A stretch of DNA of 64,000 nucleotides, taken from the NCBI GenBank assembly GCA_000320545.1, contig ADNK01000060.1, positions 3,740-67,739 of the forward strand, read 5' to 3'. The position numbers and the translations under genes are program-made. Below, piece by piece: positions 1-12,789 of the stretch. Numbering within the stretch: the first letter of the stretch is position 1; the number at the start of each line of letters is the position of its first letter. This stretch comes from Bigelowiella natans CCMP2755. Taxonomy: Eukaryota > Protista > Cercozoa. The notes under the pieces are model-generated. The model had not been told where the DNA came from. It saw only the letters and a program-made list of their open reading frames with translations, and made no database searches.

Positions 1-501
1 TCTTATACTTTGAATGAATAACAGCTGGCGAAATAGGAAGGCTACAGACGTTATGGCAGGAAGTAATTCCTACATATTCAAATCCTCTACATTCTCCTGG
101 AGAATCATGAATATTGATGACGATTCCTCCCCCTACTCCTTCTACTAATTGTCTCTTCATCGGACTAACTACCCGCACCAATGCAAGATTGATAGCACGA
201 ATCATCCCTCTCCTCGCTCTCCATATGGGATAATCTTCTCATAGAATGTGCGCTTGTGTTGTGTTGTTGTGTTGTCGTGCCTTGTCAGTCATGTCGTCAC
301 GATTGCGGCTGAGGTTTCCTCCGGGGACGAAATCGGGCATAATAAAGGCGGGGAGAAGGTGAAAGAACCGATGATAGCTAGCCAATGGTGGTGGTGGTGG
401 TGGTGGTGGTGTGGTGGCAATGATGTCGATAAGCAATCCAAATATTAAAGGTGATGGTGATAATGTGAATATAAGGAGCATATGTTTATGCTCTGCTCAG
501 T

Positions 502-541
<40 letters not shown>

Positions 542-1718
542 TGCGGTGTAATTGCGTCTGAATCGATAAACGACAACACCACGCATGATATTCATATTCA
601 AATCTTCCTGTCAGATGTTTAACTCCCGTCGTTCTGCAACGACCAACAAGCGACGCTCTGGGGGGGCACTTTGAACGTCTCTACAAGTCAGTATATAGGC
701 CGCACAATGTTCATTCATTAATTCTCGATACAGCGGACGATTAAGAACAAAGAAGAGTCCGTCTATCATACTATAATGCTGGCGCTTGTATCACTGAAAT
801 ATGTTATAGAGAAGACTGCCGGTCTCCTTCGTCGTGCGACACGTATAACATCATAGATGCCACCAGACTCCGTGAATACTGGCCATCTCCCTTCTTCATC
901 CAATCACACTTCTTCTTCGTCTTAGGTCGGAGAAGACATTATTCCAAATATCGATACGCAAACGCCTGCAACATGGATCATCCTTAGCAAGATTGCGGAC
1001 AATGGAGATTGGTAACGATGATGGAGAAAACTATAGGAAGAAATAAATAAAGAGAATAGCGGTGTTGTTTTTAAAAAGACTCTGCACCGAGACACAAAAT
1101 ATCAACTGCATCTCCAATTTTGTCGATTGATGGTGCAGCTGTTGTCGGTATCTACCATTTGCTATTTGCTTCCTAAATTATCACAACATCTCAATGGAGG
1201 ACAATGCCTTTGGTTGCTGGTAGAAAATGATGATGAGAGTGATGGTGAGGGGAACGTAGAAAAGCTTGAAGAGCTTGAAGGTCATTGATGAGGCATTCAT
1301 GTTATAGTGATAATGCATCAGTGCGTTTGATGTATGCATGCCTGTCTGTGTGTTTGCAATGAGATCAGAGTGTACTGTACTAATATACAATATAATGCAA
1401 ATAATACAGATATGCAGCAGCATCATACATGCACCGCAACTGCTAAATCTGATGATGTTCGTTTGTTACCGTATCTTGACCACTTCAGGCGAGTTGGATG
1501 GTGTGAAGAAAAGACGAAGTTTTACCGGTGCTCTGAAGGGGATGTTAAAAAGAGGAATGTCTGGTATTCTCTACGGAGTCCCTGCGCTGCAACGAAAATC
1601 AGATCTCGCAGCAAAACTGGAAGGGGGGATGGCAGCCGATGGCGATAGCGATGAAAAACATCGATCTCAGGTGCAAGACAGTATGATTTGAAAAACTGTA
1701 TGTTCTATGTGTGTGTAT

Positions 1719-1758
<40 letters not shown>

Positions 1759-1760
1759 GA

Positions 1761-1798
<38 letters not shown>

Positions 1799-2300
1799 AT
1801 TGCAGATGTTCGTTGCATAGAGAAAATGAAATGCCTTGTTGATCTTCTCGCAACAATTACTTCCTGGCCAATCTCATCATTTACATTATGCTGCGGTGTT
1901 GCTTCCTCAAGAACTACGCAGCAATTCGTGACGAAAGCACGTTGGGTGACACAAACACTAGAATGAATCCAAGAGGTACATCCCCGTATCATGATGGTGA
2001 TGATGATGATTGTGTGAGCATGACGACAAAGACTCCGATTACGTGTCCTGTGACAGGACTAACCCATCGCGTATAATACTCCCACAGATCGTCAATGTTA
2101 GTTAGTTACAGTCAGAGTGTCTTTACCATCGTTTGTCCTTTCCTTTATATCTCTTCTCACCTGAAGCAAATCTTCCCGCTCATCATCTTGATGTTTCTTC
2201 TACTGCAGGAATTCCTTTGAGGAAAATGACAAAGGTTGTCGAGGAGGAGGAAGAGGAGGGTTATGAAATTAACAATGGCGAGCAGAAACAACACCAACAA
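1..2300 (+). CDS. Possible 3' part of a multi-exon hypothetical gene (unresolved model)
   Basis: Several AG...GT bounded open segments between microsatellite-rich introns. The best is 1410-1670 (ICSSIIHAPQLLNLMMFVCYRILTTSGELDG...HRSQ). No recognisable family and exon phases could not be fully reconciled. Confidence 0.25.
504..537. repeat. (TA)n microsatellite
   Basis: Perfect TA run seen directly. Confidence 0.95.
1708..1797. repeat. Compound (TG)n-(GA)n microsatellite
   Basis: Seen directly. Similar compound arrays occur at about 18013-18097 and 58784-58845. Confidence 0.95.
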
Positions 2301-2399
2301 GGTCAGTAGTCAATTAAATGATGCAGACTCTGCGTTGTTATCCCTGACAGAAAATGCTGGAAATGGAATGAAATCATTTTGAAAATTTTGCGCAAAATT

Positions 2400-3860
2400 G
2401 GTGCACCGATGCTGCATCGTGTGGGCCCTCCTCTTGTGCTGCCCCCTTTTGTTCTCGAATCATTCCACATCGTACATTTTCCTATGGTTGTAGAAAACGA
2501 GAGAAGTAGGTGTGTGGGTGTTTGTGTTTCTGTTCATTTTTCACTACATTCACTCATTCATGCAAACAAATTTTTGTTTTTGCGCACACATTCATTTTTC
2601 ATTTCAGATTCTTTTCAACTTTTGAATTCGTTTAGGCACAAGTACCGCAAAGTACACACGAATGCTTGATGATTCCGAAGATTAGAATGTGTGACTGTTT
2701 GCTCGCACAACTGCTCTCACGCCACATCCGTGGCCGGCGGTCACAGCGGTTCGTTGTGATGATGCTCAATGTGAACAAATCTCAATCTGTAGCTGGCGAT
2801 CCATTTGTCCTCCTGCATGTCACATGTGCATGCTGTCACGCAATTGATTGAGAACAAGGAATTTGGATGCAAATCAAAAAGTTTGATGGCGAGCAGCACA
2901 GCGCCCAAAATGATGCAACGCAGCGCGGGCCCATGGTCTGCTAGTTCGGCGGGACAAGCTCATTGTTGAAATCCTGAGGCCACATCCATGTGCCAAATTC
3001 CGACGCTGGAAAGAAAGAGAAAGATTGACCATGTCTAGCTGGCACAATGCAACGGTGAAGCATGACACCTGCAGCTAGCTGTCTAGCTGATGCTGACAGC
3101 AACGACAATTGCGCAACGACCAAGCTAGCAAGCAAGCACACTGTCCAACTGTCCAGCTGTGGTGCACGCAGTGGTGCAGTACGTCGCTACTGTTGGTCTT
3201 GCTGGTGTGTGTGATGTGCACAATGATGACAACTCTTGTTGAACCTGCGCTAGCTGCGGTGTGGCAGGCAATGCCTGCCCACTTCTGCGATTGATTTGTG
3301 ATGTGCAATCATTCTGGCATTGCACTTTTCCGTGCTGGCAGTGAGTTCAAAAAAGGATTGGGTGGGCACTTGAAAGAGAAAGGAACACGTGCAAGGAGAG
3401 CAGGTGTTGCTAGGCACAGTCAACAAGCAAATGTGGAAGCACAAAATGAGAGCATCGGTGGTCCAACACTCAAAATTCAATTGCCATGGATTGGTGAAAG
3501 AATCAGAAAGTGACCCAGTGATGGGCCAGTGGGGCAAGTGAGCAGTTCTCGTTCAACTTCTTTTGTGTGCAACTTCTTTTGTGTGTCAGGTGGTGACTTT
3601 GTCCATGCTGGGGTGAAGAAGTTGAAACAGACAGGAGAAGTTCCTTGCAAGGAGGGTGGAGATTGCGATTTGTGCGAGGCAAGATGGTGAGGTGCAAACT
3701 GGATCATCCCACTAGGAGCGGAAGAATGGGCTCCACATCTGCTTGCTACCAAGGCGGTCTTCAGTTGTCGCATCAATTTGTTTGCCTCGTTTTTCTGCTT
3801 GGATTGAGCTCATGGACAAACCTAGGATGTTTTCACTGAGCGACAACCCCAAATCGCAAA
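2400..3860. other. TpA-depleted, TpG/CpA-rich intergenic island (possible decayed repeat)
   Basis: About 13 TA dinucleotides in 2701-3840 by hand count, about 9 of them in CTAG. No credible ORF. Contains a 16-bp tandem duplication caacttcttttgtgtg at 3554-3585. Confidence 0.7.
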
Positions 3861-4803
3861 AACTTATATTGAAACTCAAATCTCTGCCAACAGACTCACC
3901 CGCTTTCCCCCAACCCTTCCAACACAACTCCTATTCTTCTCACTTCACCGCCACTGTCAAGGAAGCCCTGACATCGCGGCGGAAGGTACTAAGGGAAATG
4001 GTTTCGTTTATTTCTCACGGTTTCTGGCGCAAAGAGTGTAAAATAACTCCTCTTGGGAAGACGTTTTTCAACTGAAAATACTTCCCGTATTGAGTGTGGA
4101 AAGCTTCCGGAAATATGGTGGCTGGGAACGCCATTTAGTATTCTAAACAACACAAGATTCAATTGTGTGGAATACCAGATTTCCTCTCCGAGTTTCAACT
4201 CGCATAAAGTTATACATCACTACCTGCATTGCAAAACGTATGGTTTTGATATGACATCCTCGGTTGGACTGCTTGAACGATACAATTTTAAGCCCACATT
4301 ATCCATTATCAATCTCGAGATGATAGTATTACTATTGAACATAATAATTGAGAAACTTTCTCTTTCGGCGCCGACCTGAAGACCACATGATGCACCGTAG
4401 GTTTTGACGGATGAGTTCTGGAGGAAGATCTTCTCGTAAGCGCGGTCAGCAGCTTATTGTCCACAATCTTCTGTTTTTCTCTTCTCTGAACACGTTGATA
4501 CATTTATTGGCATTGATGTCTTGAACATTTATGCGGGCTAATAAATGATGTTGTCGTCCAGGTGGCGATGGCATAGCCGGTTTGTCACTTGGCTTGGATG
4601 TGGCCAATTTGCAATCAGAGGCTGAGATCATGTATGTAACAAAAAGCAATATAAATATAACTTGCTGTTAAAGAGACAAAAGTTTTTAAGTACACATCCC
4701 AGACTAAGATGTACAATGCACAAAGTAACAATTAGTGTATTGTCAACATTTCAGAACAGCAACGCCGCGACGACCTGCTGGTGAATTCAGTGTTCTCACG
4801 GCC

Positions 4804-6833
4804 ATGCAGTCAAACATGGCTGCTAGTTCCAAGCCCCCCCCTTCCGCCAGACTGCAGGGAAAACTTCTATCGAATAGCGAATCTAAACAAAGGAGATTGA
4901 TGGATTCCCAACCGCAGGATGATGTGCAGGAAGGTATTAAGTCATCACACAACGGCTGCGAATTATTCAAGATATTAGATTATCTGCATGTATAATAATA
5001 ATAATAATAATACCTGTAAGGAACGATCACGTGCAAATATACTACCTATGTTGATGCAACTTGCACAATATTATGACCAAAACTATCATGTGCTTTCTTC
5101 TCCCTCTACTGTGCAGAGTCCGAGGACGAATATGGCGACGACGACTTCGATAACGATTACGACGACGATTTTGAAGATGATCCAGCACTTGAAAAGCTAG
5201 ATTTCGACGATATGAAGCAACCTCCTTCTGTGGTGAATTCCACTACAAATTCTTGACCGTTTGGTGGTGTTGTGATGGTGGATGCCGTTATTGTGAGAAA
5301 CAAAGTGTATGATGATATATAAAAAGAGAAAAGCATTTGAATGTGAATGTGTGTGCTGTGTGTGCATTTTAAGAAGGTTCCTTCCAAGAAAAATGGTGGC
5401 TTTTCAATCCATTCATCATCATCATCATCATCATCCACAAACCAGAGTGCTCTTCGTTCGTATAGGTGGTTAGTAGGCATAGTGCGATGATGTATATGCA
5501 TGCCGCACACTACTTCTTTTGGTAGTTGTCGTAAGTAAAAATGCCGTCTACTTGTTTGAAGGATTACTTACGGAAGAGGAGAATAATAATAACAACATAA
5601 ATAAGTGTCTTCAATAGAAGAACAAACATGGGGTTCTCGAAATCTACTCTTACTATGGTTTGATCTCTCTCTCTAATAATAGCCCTGCTTTGAGTCGGAG
5701 CCGCCAACACAAGCAACAACAACCAAAAGCAGGAGCAGCAGCAAGCGAGTGGCTGGTAGAGCGTGTCTATGTTCCGAAACGAAGAACTAGCCCAGAAGAA
5801 CACGCCACAATTAAGAGGGAAAAGCAGGTAGTGGTGCGGTTAGATAGAGAATAGATGTGCCAGAACACCTCACCTCACAACTGAAGTAGTAACGTGAGAC
5901 GATGTCATGATTTTGTGTATATGTTTATTTTAACCGCAATGATGATCCAAGTCGCTAGAACTAATGCAAGTTCCCCCCTTTCATCCTCTCTCCTTCTGCT
6001 GCCTAAAGCGTGTAGACAGCATTATGCGTGATGTGGAGCTGAGCTTCGAGTCGTTTGATCTTATCCGCCGTGATGCCAAACGCCCTTACGAGGTACATAG
6101 AACATTGCTACTTCTAATAAAACAACAAACCAACAACCACGACATTCTTCTCTACCGACTGTTGCACAAGACGCGGAAGATTTGTTTTTCTCCTCTCTTG
6201 AGCACCCGTTGTCGCTTGATTCTTTCTCTATTGTTTTGCTACTAATAATGCATATATGGTGGTGACTGGCCATGACTGATCATCTCCCTTCACAAGGCTC
6301 ACATTCGTGCTATTGCTCGGGGAAGCATCAAGGAATCCGCAACACAGTACAACGATGACTGGCGTGATGTGTCTGTGCAAACGGATAAGCTTAGAAAGCA
6401 CAACATCGCAACGCAACATCCTGACTACTTGCAGACTGGAGCAGCCATCACAGATTCAGCAGCTGCTCGTCTTCCTGACTTCGTATATCGAGCTGCACAG
6501 GTAATAGAGTCGCTGATACTGGAGAGAAACAGAGGCATAGGGTTCTGGAGCTTACCGATAACGACAGGAAGTGATGGATATTCCTACGCAGCAGCAGCTA
6601 CTAAAGATGCCCCCCCCCTTACTACCGAGTCGTCATTTACACTCACGCTCCCCAGAGTTTTGAGTAGGAGGAGGGTGCTCTGCATGCATTTCTCGGCATC
6701 AGACCCCAACGTGCTGCTAGTGTCATATGGCAAGGAAAAAGGGGGAGGGAAGGAGGCGGAGGCGAAAGGAGAGAAGAAGTCGTCTCAGCCACGGCCATCG
6801 AGCAAAGGACCAAAGATGCATGTACGTAATAGA

Positions 6834-6870
<37 letters not shown>

Positions 6871-8843
6871 ATATAGGTGCTGTATAGGAAGAAGTAGTAG
6901 AAAAAAGGAAAGAGAAAGGGAAGAGGAGGGTTAAGAAAGCGCGATAATATTCAACAAGAATAACAACCATTAGAACCACGAAAAGATATATTATGCTATC
7001 GCAATCCTTAAAACGACGAGCATCATTGACCTAGTGCATTTGTACATTTGTCTTCTTCTTCTCTACTTATTCTTGCTGTTGTCTTCACCCTTACCCTTCT
7101 ATATGCTCAATACTACTGGCTACTACCACTAATGCTACTACAGGTTCTGAGCCCCAAGGAATGGGAGGAGCAGGTGCTGCCCTTAAAGGCCTTAGTGTGT
7201 GTCTGGCGTATCAATCAGCCTGAATCACCCGCAACCGTCCTCTACCTAGAGGAGGAGGCTGTTAGCATAGGACTGTCGTTGGAGAATTACATCGCATTTG
7301 CAGGAACTCGATCTGGGTCTATTGTGGTGTGGGATCTGCGAGAGAAACCGATATTACATCGAAAGGCTGCTAAGGAAGGGCCATTGGAATCCCTAGTAGT
7401 GCTGCGGCATCCTTCATTCTCCACCGATCACTTGCTCGGCCAGAATCATACGTACCCTGTAAAGAAGGTCATCGCACTTCATTCTGAAGAACGCCAATAC
7501 AGTAGTGGAGCTGGGGGAGCAGCAAGCGAAAATGGAAGAAAGGAAAATCAAAAGCACCAGCCAAACAGTAGTAATAGTAGTAGTAGTAGCAGCAGTAGTA
7601 GTAGCATAAGGAGGAGGAGGAAGAGGAGGAATACGACCTCTTTCCAGCTTGCTAGCGTCGATGAAAGCGGAACAACCATTATATGGACTATTGTGGAGCT
7701 ACAAACGGTATGCAAATAATAATCATAATAATAATAATAATATATACATAAGCATGCACTATTCGATGGTACATGTTGACCACATCATGATGATTTTCAT
7801 TTACTCCTCCCCTTCATCAGGGTGACGTCGCTGGGTCGGAGACTGATTTCGGGCTCAATCTTGGTTCTCGCATCAAAGTTATAAAATCCATAGAATTGCT
7901 TAGAAGCGATAAGCTGCGGTGCCATGCAGCCATCGACATTAAGATGAGCAAGAAAGACCCATCGCACCTCCTGCTAGCTCTGCAAAACGGAACTGTGACT
8001 CGAAGAAGCAGATTCGGCGGACGACCCTCTCCTACTGCTTACTTCAACTTGAAACAGGGTGCTTTCGAGGAGGAAATCACCGATTTCAACGACGAGTATC
8101 TAATGGGAAAGGAAAGTCAAGAAGGCGAGGCGAAGGAAGCTACTACTGCTGCTGCTGCTAGAAATAAGGATTGGGGCTTCAATTGGGAGCTTTTGGAGCC
8201 TGAAAAGGAACCGGATGCGAGAGCTAGTTTCACGCGGCTGATGTCCAACGGTGGGTCGTTGCTAAATTCCGACAAGAAGGACACCAGTAGCAAATTCCTC
8301 GATATGCCACCTCCCTGTGCCCTTCGAGATCCTTGCACATGCATCGCCATTTCCCCATTTTGCCATGACTTCTTCCTCACTGCGTATCGCAGCGGTCAGC
8401 TCAGTTTATTCCGTCTATCCCTTTGCCGCCCAGTAAAGACTTGGTCTATGTTTGGCAACGGAGCCATACGGAATGTACGATGGTCATCGACTCGTCCTGC
8501 TGTCTTCTACGCTCTAGATGCCTCCGGAATGCTACACTCATTTGACCTCTTGCAAACGGAATACGGCCCTGCCAACTCTATTCTGCTCGAGAAAGCGACG
8601 AGGGGAGCTGCATCCACATCACTCATCGATCTCTCGTGCGCTACCCAAGAGGCAAAGGAAGCTGCTACAGGAATTTATAAGAAGAATAAAAGAGAAAACA
8701 AGACAACAATGATGCGGCCTACGTTAGCTTACGCGGACCAAGCAACAGCCACGATTACCATTTCCGGTGTCACAGGGAAGTACGCCATACCCAAAAAAAA
8801 CGAATTGGTGGAGCTTCAGAGTCTTTTGTCTCACCTTTGTTGA
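4804..8843 (+). CDS. DYNC2I1: Dynein-2 (IFT dynein) intermediate chain WDR60/FAP163, multi-exon
   Basis: Spliced exons give WDR60 hallmark segments: acidic EDEYGDDDFDNDYDDDFEDD, RDVELSFESFDL, TQYNDDWRDVSVQTD...ATQHP, FAGTRSGSIVVWDLRE, PSFSTD, SFQLASVDESG..IWTIVEL, GDVAGSETDFGL..GSRIK, WSSTRPAVF. Start codon and early exons less certain. Confidence 0.88.
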
Positions 8844-9929
8844 TGCTCAAAATACGCAGACACATTCGTATGTGTATTCCTTTATTAGTTTATATATTAC
8901 GTTATTGTGAAAATTGGGTAGCATCTGCATGCCATCATGCCGTGCGTACGTGCTATAGTATTAACTATAGGCACAGAGTGCACGCACCATGCATAGTAGA
9001 TATAGGGGTATGCATGTTGCAGCAGCTACGTTGGGCGTAATGATATGGAAAAACTACTACATATTTCAAATATCGTCTACTGGCCAACATTTGGCGCGTA
9101 GCAGCTTGTTTAGCACCGCAGCAAGGCATGTCATATACATAATGCCTTTTTGATAAGAGCAAATGATGCATTTCTGCGCGAGGCATGCGTGCAAGGATTA
9201 CATACAGGAAATCCAGCTAGCTGTGGCGTCGTCCACGCGTACGCGATTAGTTGCTGCTAGATTGAATTTACGCCAATCACAGAGGTAGGGAAAAATTCCA
9301 ACGTCGCCTCATCAGTGTAAACATATATACAGAATAGATCACATCCACAATATAAACGTAGGCACGAATACTTGTGGTGCTGTCGGCGATGAATGGATGG
9401 CCTATTATACGCGTGGCGTTTTAAAGCTGAACAAATTTCAAAAATTTCGCTTCCTGCGATTCATCTTTGAATTTCGATTCTTCTTCCGCGCCCTGACAGC
9501 ATTCAGAGGGAAAACATGAAGGTATTTAATGAAAATGAAGCAATATTTCAACGTGACGACGCGATACTAAGGACAGTACGCGTGCATGTCATACACAAGG
9601 TACTAATAAATGAGCATGTGTATCATATTCATATATTTCAAAAAAAAAATAGGCATAAATAAAAAATGTGTAGGTAATTTAGCAGTCGCGGTAGGTAGCA
9701 ATATGCTTTGATGTTTTACTTGATGCCAGCTTGCTTTGCCTTTTCATCTCTAGGCTCCCCTCTCCCAGACAGACCCGAGTTTCTGCGATACAGCATGCAA
9801 GGATGGACATGGAAACCAAACGACAAAAGACACAGGACCGTCAAATTTATAATATTTTTGGGCTAACGACAACATAATTAGGAAATTAAGTAGCAGCAGT
9901 AATATGTTTTTAGTGTTGCATCATTATCA

Positions 9930-11087
9930 TCACTTCTTCTTAGTCGACGCTCTTCCTCCTGAAGACATGCCTAAATCATGATCCGAGTGGACCCCAAGCC
10001 TTGCAAGTTCCTCAATCCTGTCACGCCTGAATAATCATAATAGAAATTATGATGCTTTTATGGAATGGAGAACAACATTCAGCCATCGCCTAATATTTGT
10101 TGTAAAGTTGTTTCCTATCTCCTCCTCATCATCATCCTTCTCCGTCCTCTCTCCAATTATTCGATTTTGTCTTGTTGAAATATCTTCATTTGTCGTTGTT
10201 GTTCTTCTTCATCTTATCGTGCTCGATAATATTTCTGGGGAATGATCGTACTCAAGTTCTTCCCGCACTTCTCTCTCCACACTTCGCTCCCTTCGCGGTG
10301 GCGCCATAGACTGCTGATGCCCACCTTAACACACGCAGCAGCAGCACACAGCATTATTGTCAGGTAAATTATTTGAAGTGTGCAGTTTACATGTGCTATC
10401 GATGCAGAATGCACGAAAACTGCAGATAAGATGACAATGATGGGATGTGTACATCCGTGATGTGAATGCGTGCAGCAGCTTTATTTTGTCTTCTGATTGA
10501 TTTGCGATACTACCCCGCTTTGTCCGAGTGGACTTCACCCCTGATTTGGATCGAAAGAGGAGAGACAAGGGGTCGGGGGAGATGAAAGTGATGAATCTTT
10601 ACAGTACATGAAAAAGGAAGGGATTGATAACTGCGGCCCATACAGCAGCTGCACAGTTCAATTATCTTTTTCATCATTGAAAAGCATCGCCTCAAATTTC
10701 TAATCATTCTTAGAAGTTCTCACTAGTCTTGGCGTTATCCAGTCGTGTTCTTCGCTTATCGCGCGCTATATCGTCAGGAGAGGGAGTCGAAAAGTCGAAT
10801 CTCTGTTTCATCGTCAAATAGATTAGAACAGATCGTTTTCACACTTAGGCAGATACATCATCTCCTTATGATACGTTATTTTTGTACGTTTGACTTAACT
10901 CATTACCCTTATCCCGACCTCCACGGAGGACGAAGAACTGTCCATATTGTAAGTGTACAAACGAGAAAGTGCAGAGACCACAGCAGCAGGAGGGAATGAG
11001 GAGGAAGAAAGGCTTGAACCCTAACAACAATACACATTTCATTTTGTGTATAGTAATATAAGGATCATCTACGTTGGAGGAAAAATA

Positions 11088-11121
<34 letters not shown>

Positions 11122-11956
11122 CAGCAGTATCAGCAGCTACGCAGCCTATGCAAAAGCGTGGCGAAGCAGGGTCTTGGTACATAAATGCATGCATACCACA
11201 TTCACATGTACTGCATGTTCGCTGCTGCTGCGACTACTACTTACTACCAGTACTACTATTACTTTTGTTTTCATTCTTGTTCCTGGCCAAACTGAGACTC
11301 CGCTCTGTTCCATTAACGCAACAAAGTCCTCAAGGGGAAAGTAGGAAGACGAAGAAGGAGGATAAGACATTGACGGGACTGAGAGATCATCAACGTCCTC
11401 CCCCAAGAGAATTCCCATGGGTGATGGCTTTGCTATCCCCACCGGAGCAATCAGCTTCTTCGAGGACCGAACAGGCTGCATAGCTATCTTTGGAGAATGA
11501 TCATCACGATGATGATGCTGATCAAACTCTTTGCGGGAGAGAGAAGATTCACCGTCCAATACCGCATCCTTGTTCTTCTGACCCTCCTGGCTATGCTCCA
11601 AGTTGGCCTTTGTCTCTAGATGCATCTTTGTCATCGTTCCTTCTCTCCCCTTAAGAATGGCATTCTTTGCATCTGCTTTTTTGGGAGTTCCTGGTCTCTC
11701 CGTCTCGGATTGATTTATATTCTCCCTTTCAATCGTCATGTCCTCGCTGCTGCTACTGCTACTACTATCTGCAGAAGAAAAAGGATTGGGTGAGAAAGCA
11801 ACAACGTACCATAAAATGACAACCACCTTGCTCCAAAAGCCAAGCTACAGCTTCTTCAACATCGCCATCAGCCTCCTTAAGGGCTCTTATGGCTTTTGCA
11901 CGCGTAAATTCTGGCCCTACTGCAGCCAGCACCTCATCTACGTTGCAATCCGCCAT
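9930..11956 (-). CDS. Ski7/HBS1L-V3-like exosome adaptor: N-terminal UBA-like domain and PSPDD motif, no GTPase domain
   Basis: Exon 1 is UBA-like (AKAIRALKEADGDVEEAVAWLLEQ). Exon 2 has IAKPSPMGILLG. Exons about 11020-10907 and 10802-10724 splice to GIRRFDFSTPSPDDIAR. The 3' end is uncertain: TGA at 10209-10211, or a further exon ending TKKK* at 9930. Confidence 0.65.
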
Positions 11957-12099
11957 CACAGTCGGGACTCGTAGTGCCGGTCGCTTCTAAAAAGGTAGAC
12001 CAAAATATATCGAGGAAACTTCGTACAATTCACCAGATACATGATAATACCAAAGTATATCATAATCCATGCCCAGAACTTCCACAAAACATGACTACC

Positions 12100-12780
12100 G
12101 CAACTGGGATTGCATGGTTCAAGTTGGACGTCCAACGTCGTGTTCGGCAAAGAGTTTGCTCGACTCGTGCGTGCATGGAATCGAGTCACAGGGCGGAATT
12201 CATGTGAATGAATCCCTTGGGGATCATTACTTTAGTCCCTTCGTTCGTTCGTTGTGCGCACCGCCAAAACAATGCGCGCTCATTGATGAAGACGAGCAAC
12301 ATTCTGGAATTGTTGTGCAGATTGAAGCTTCATCGATCGCTCACTTGGAAGGCGGACGTGATTGTGTTCAGAGCCTTCTCAACGAGTTGGGTGATGAAGT
12401 TCACACTTTGTTGTTGCTCTGAATCGGATCGCATTGTGCGCAACACCCATTCGCAGGCAAAACGTCTATTTTGTCCCAAAAAAATGAGATTTCAGCAGCA
12501 AAGCTGCACAGTGATGCATCAGGTGAGACACAGAGTGACCTTGCATCGAATGATAATGCAGCTGTGCCTGCGAGCGATTGCGCGCATCACGCACAGCATC
12601 GTGTGTCATGCCATCACGTGTTGCATGCATTGGATTTTCTCACTCATGCGTTCGATCGGTGCCGTCACGGGCGTGTTTGCGATCGCTTCTGGATGCACAT
12701 AGCGGGAGGTGAAATGCAACTAGACAATGGCTAGATGGCAACGTGTGTCACAACATGAATCTAGGATCATTGAACAGAGA
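12100..12780. other. Second TpA-depleted intergenic island
   Basis: About 8 TA in 12121-12780 by hand count; TG/CA rich; CpG abundant. Confidence 0.65.
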
Positions 12781-12789
12781 GCACCCTGT

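Noticed and set aside
3990-4700. Possible small gene upstream of DYNC2I1
   Set aside because: Only short stop-interrupted ORFs with no recognisable motif or consistent splice pattern.
11120-11235. CxxC...CxxC zinc finger in the Ski7-like gene
   Set aside because: It needs an implausible 29-nt intron and does not fit the phase of the next exon; probably intronic.
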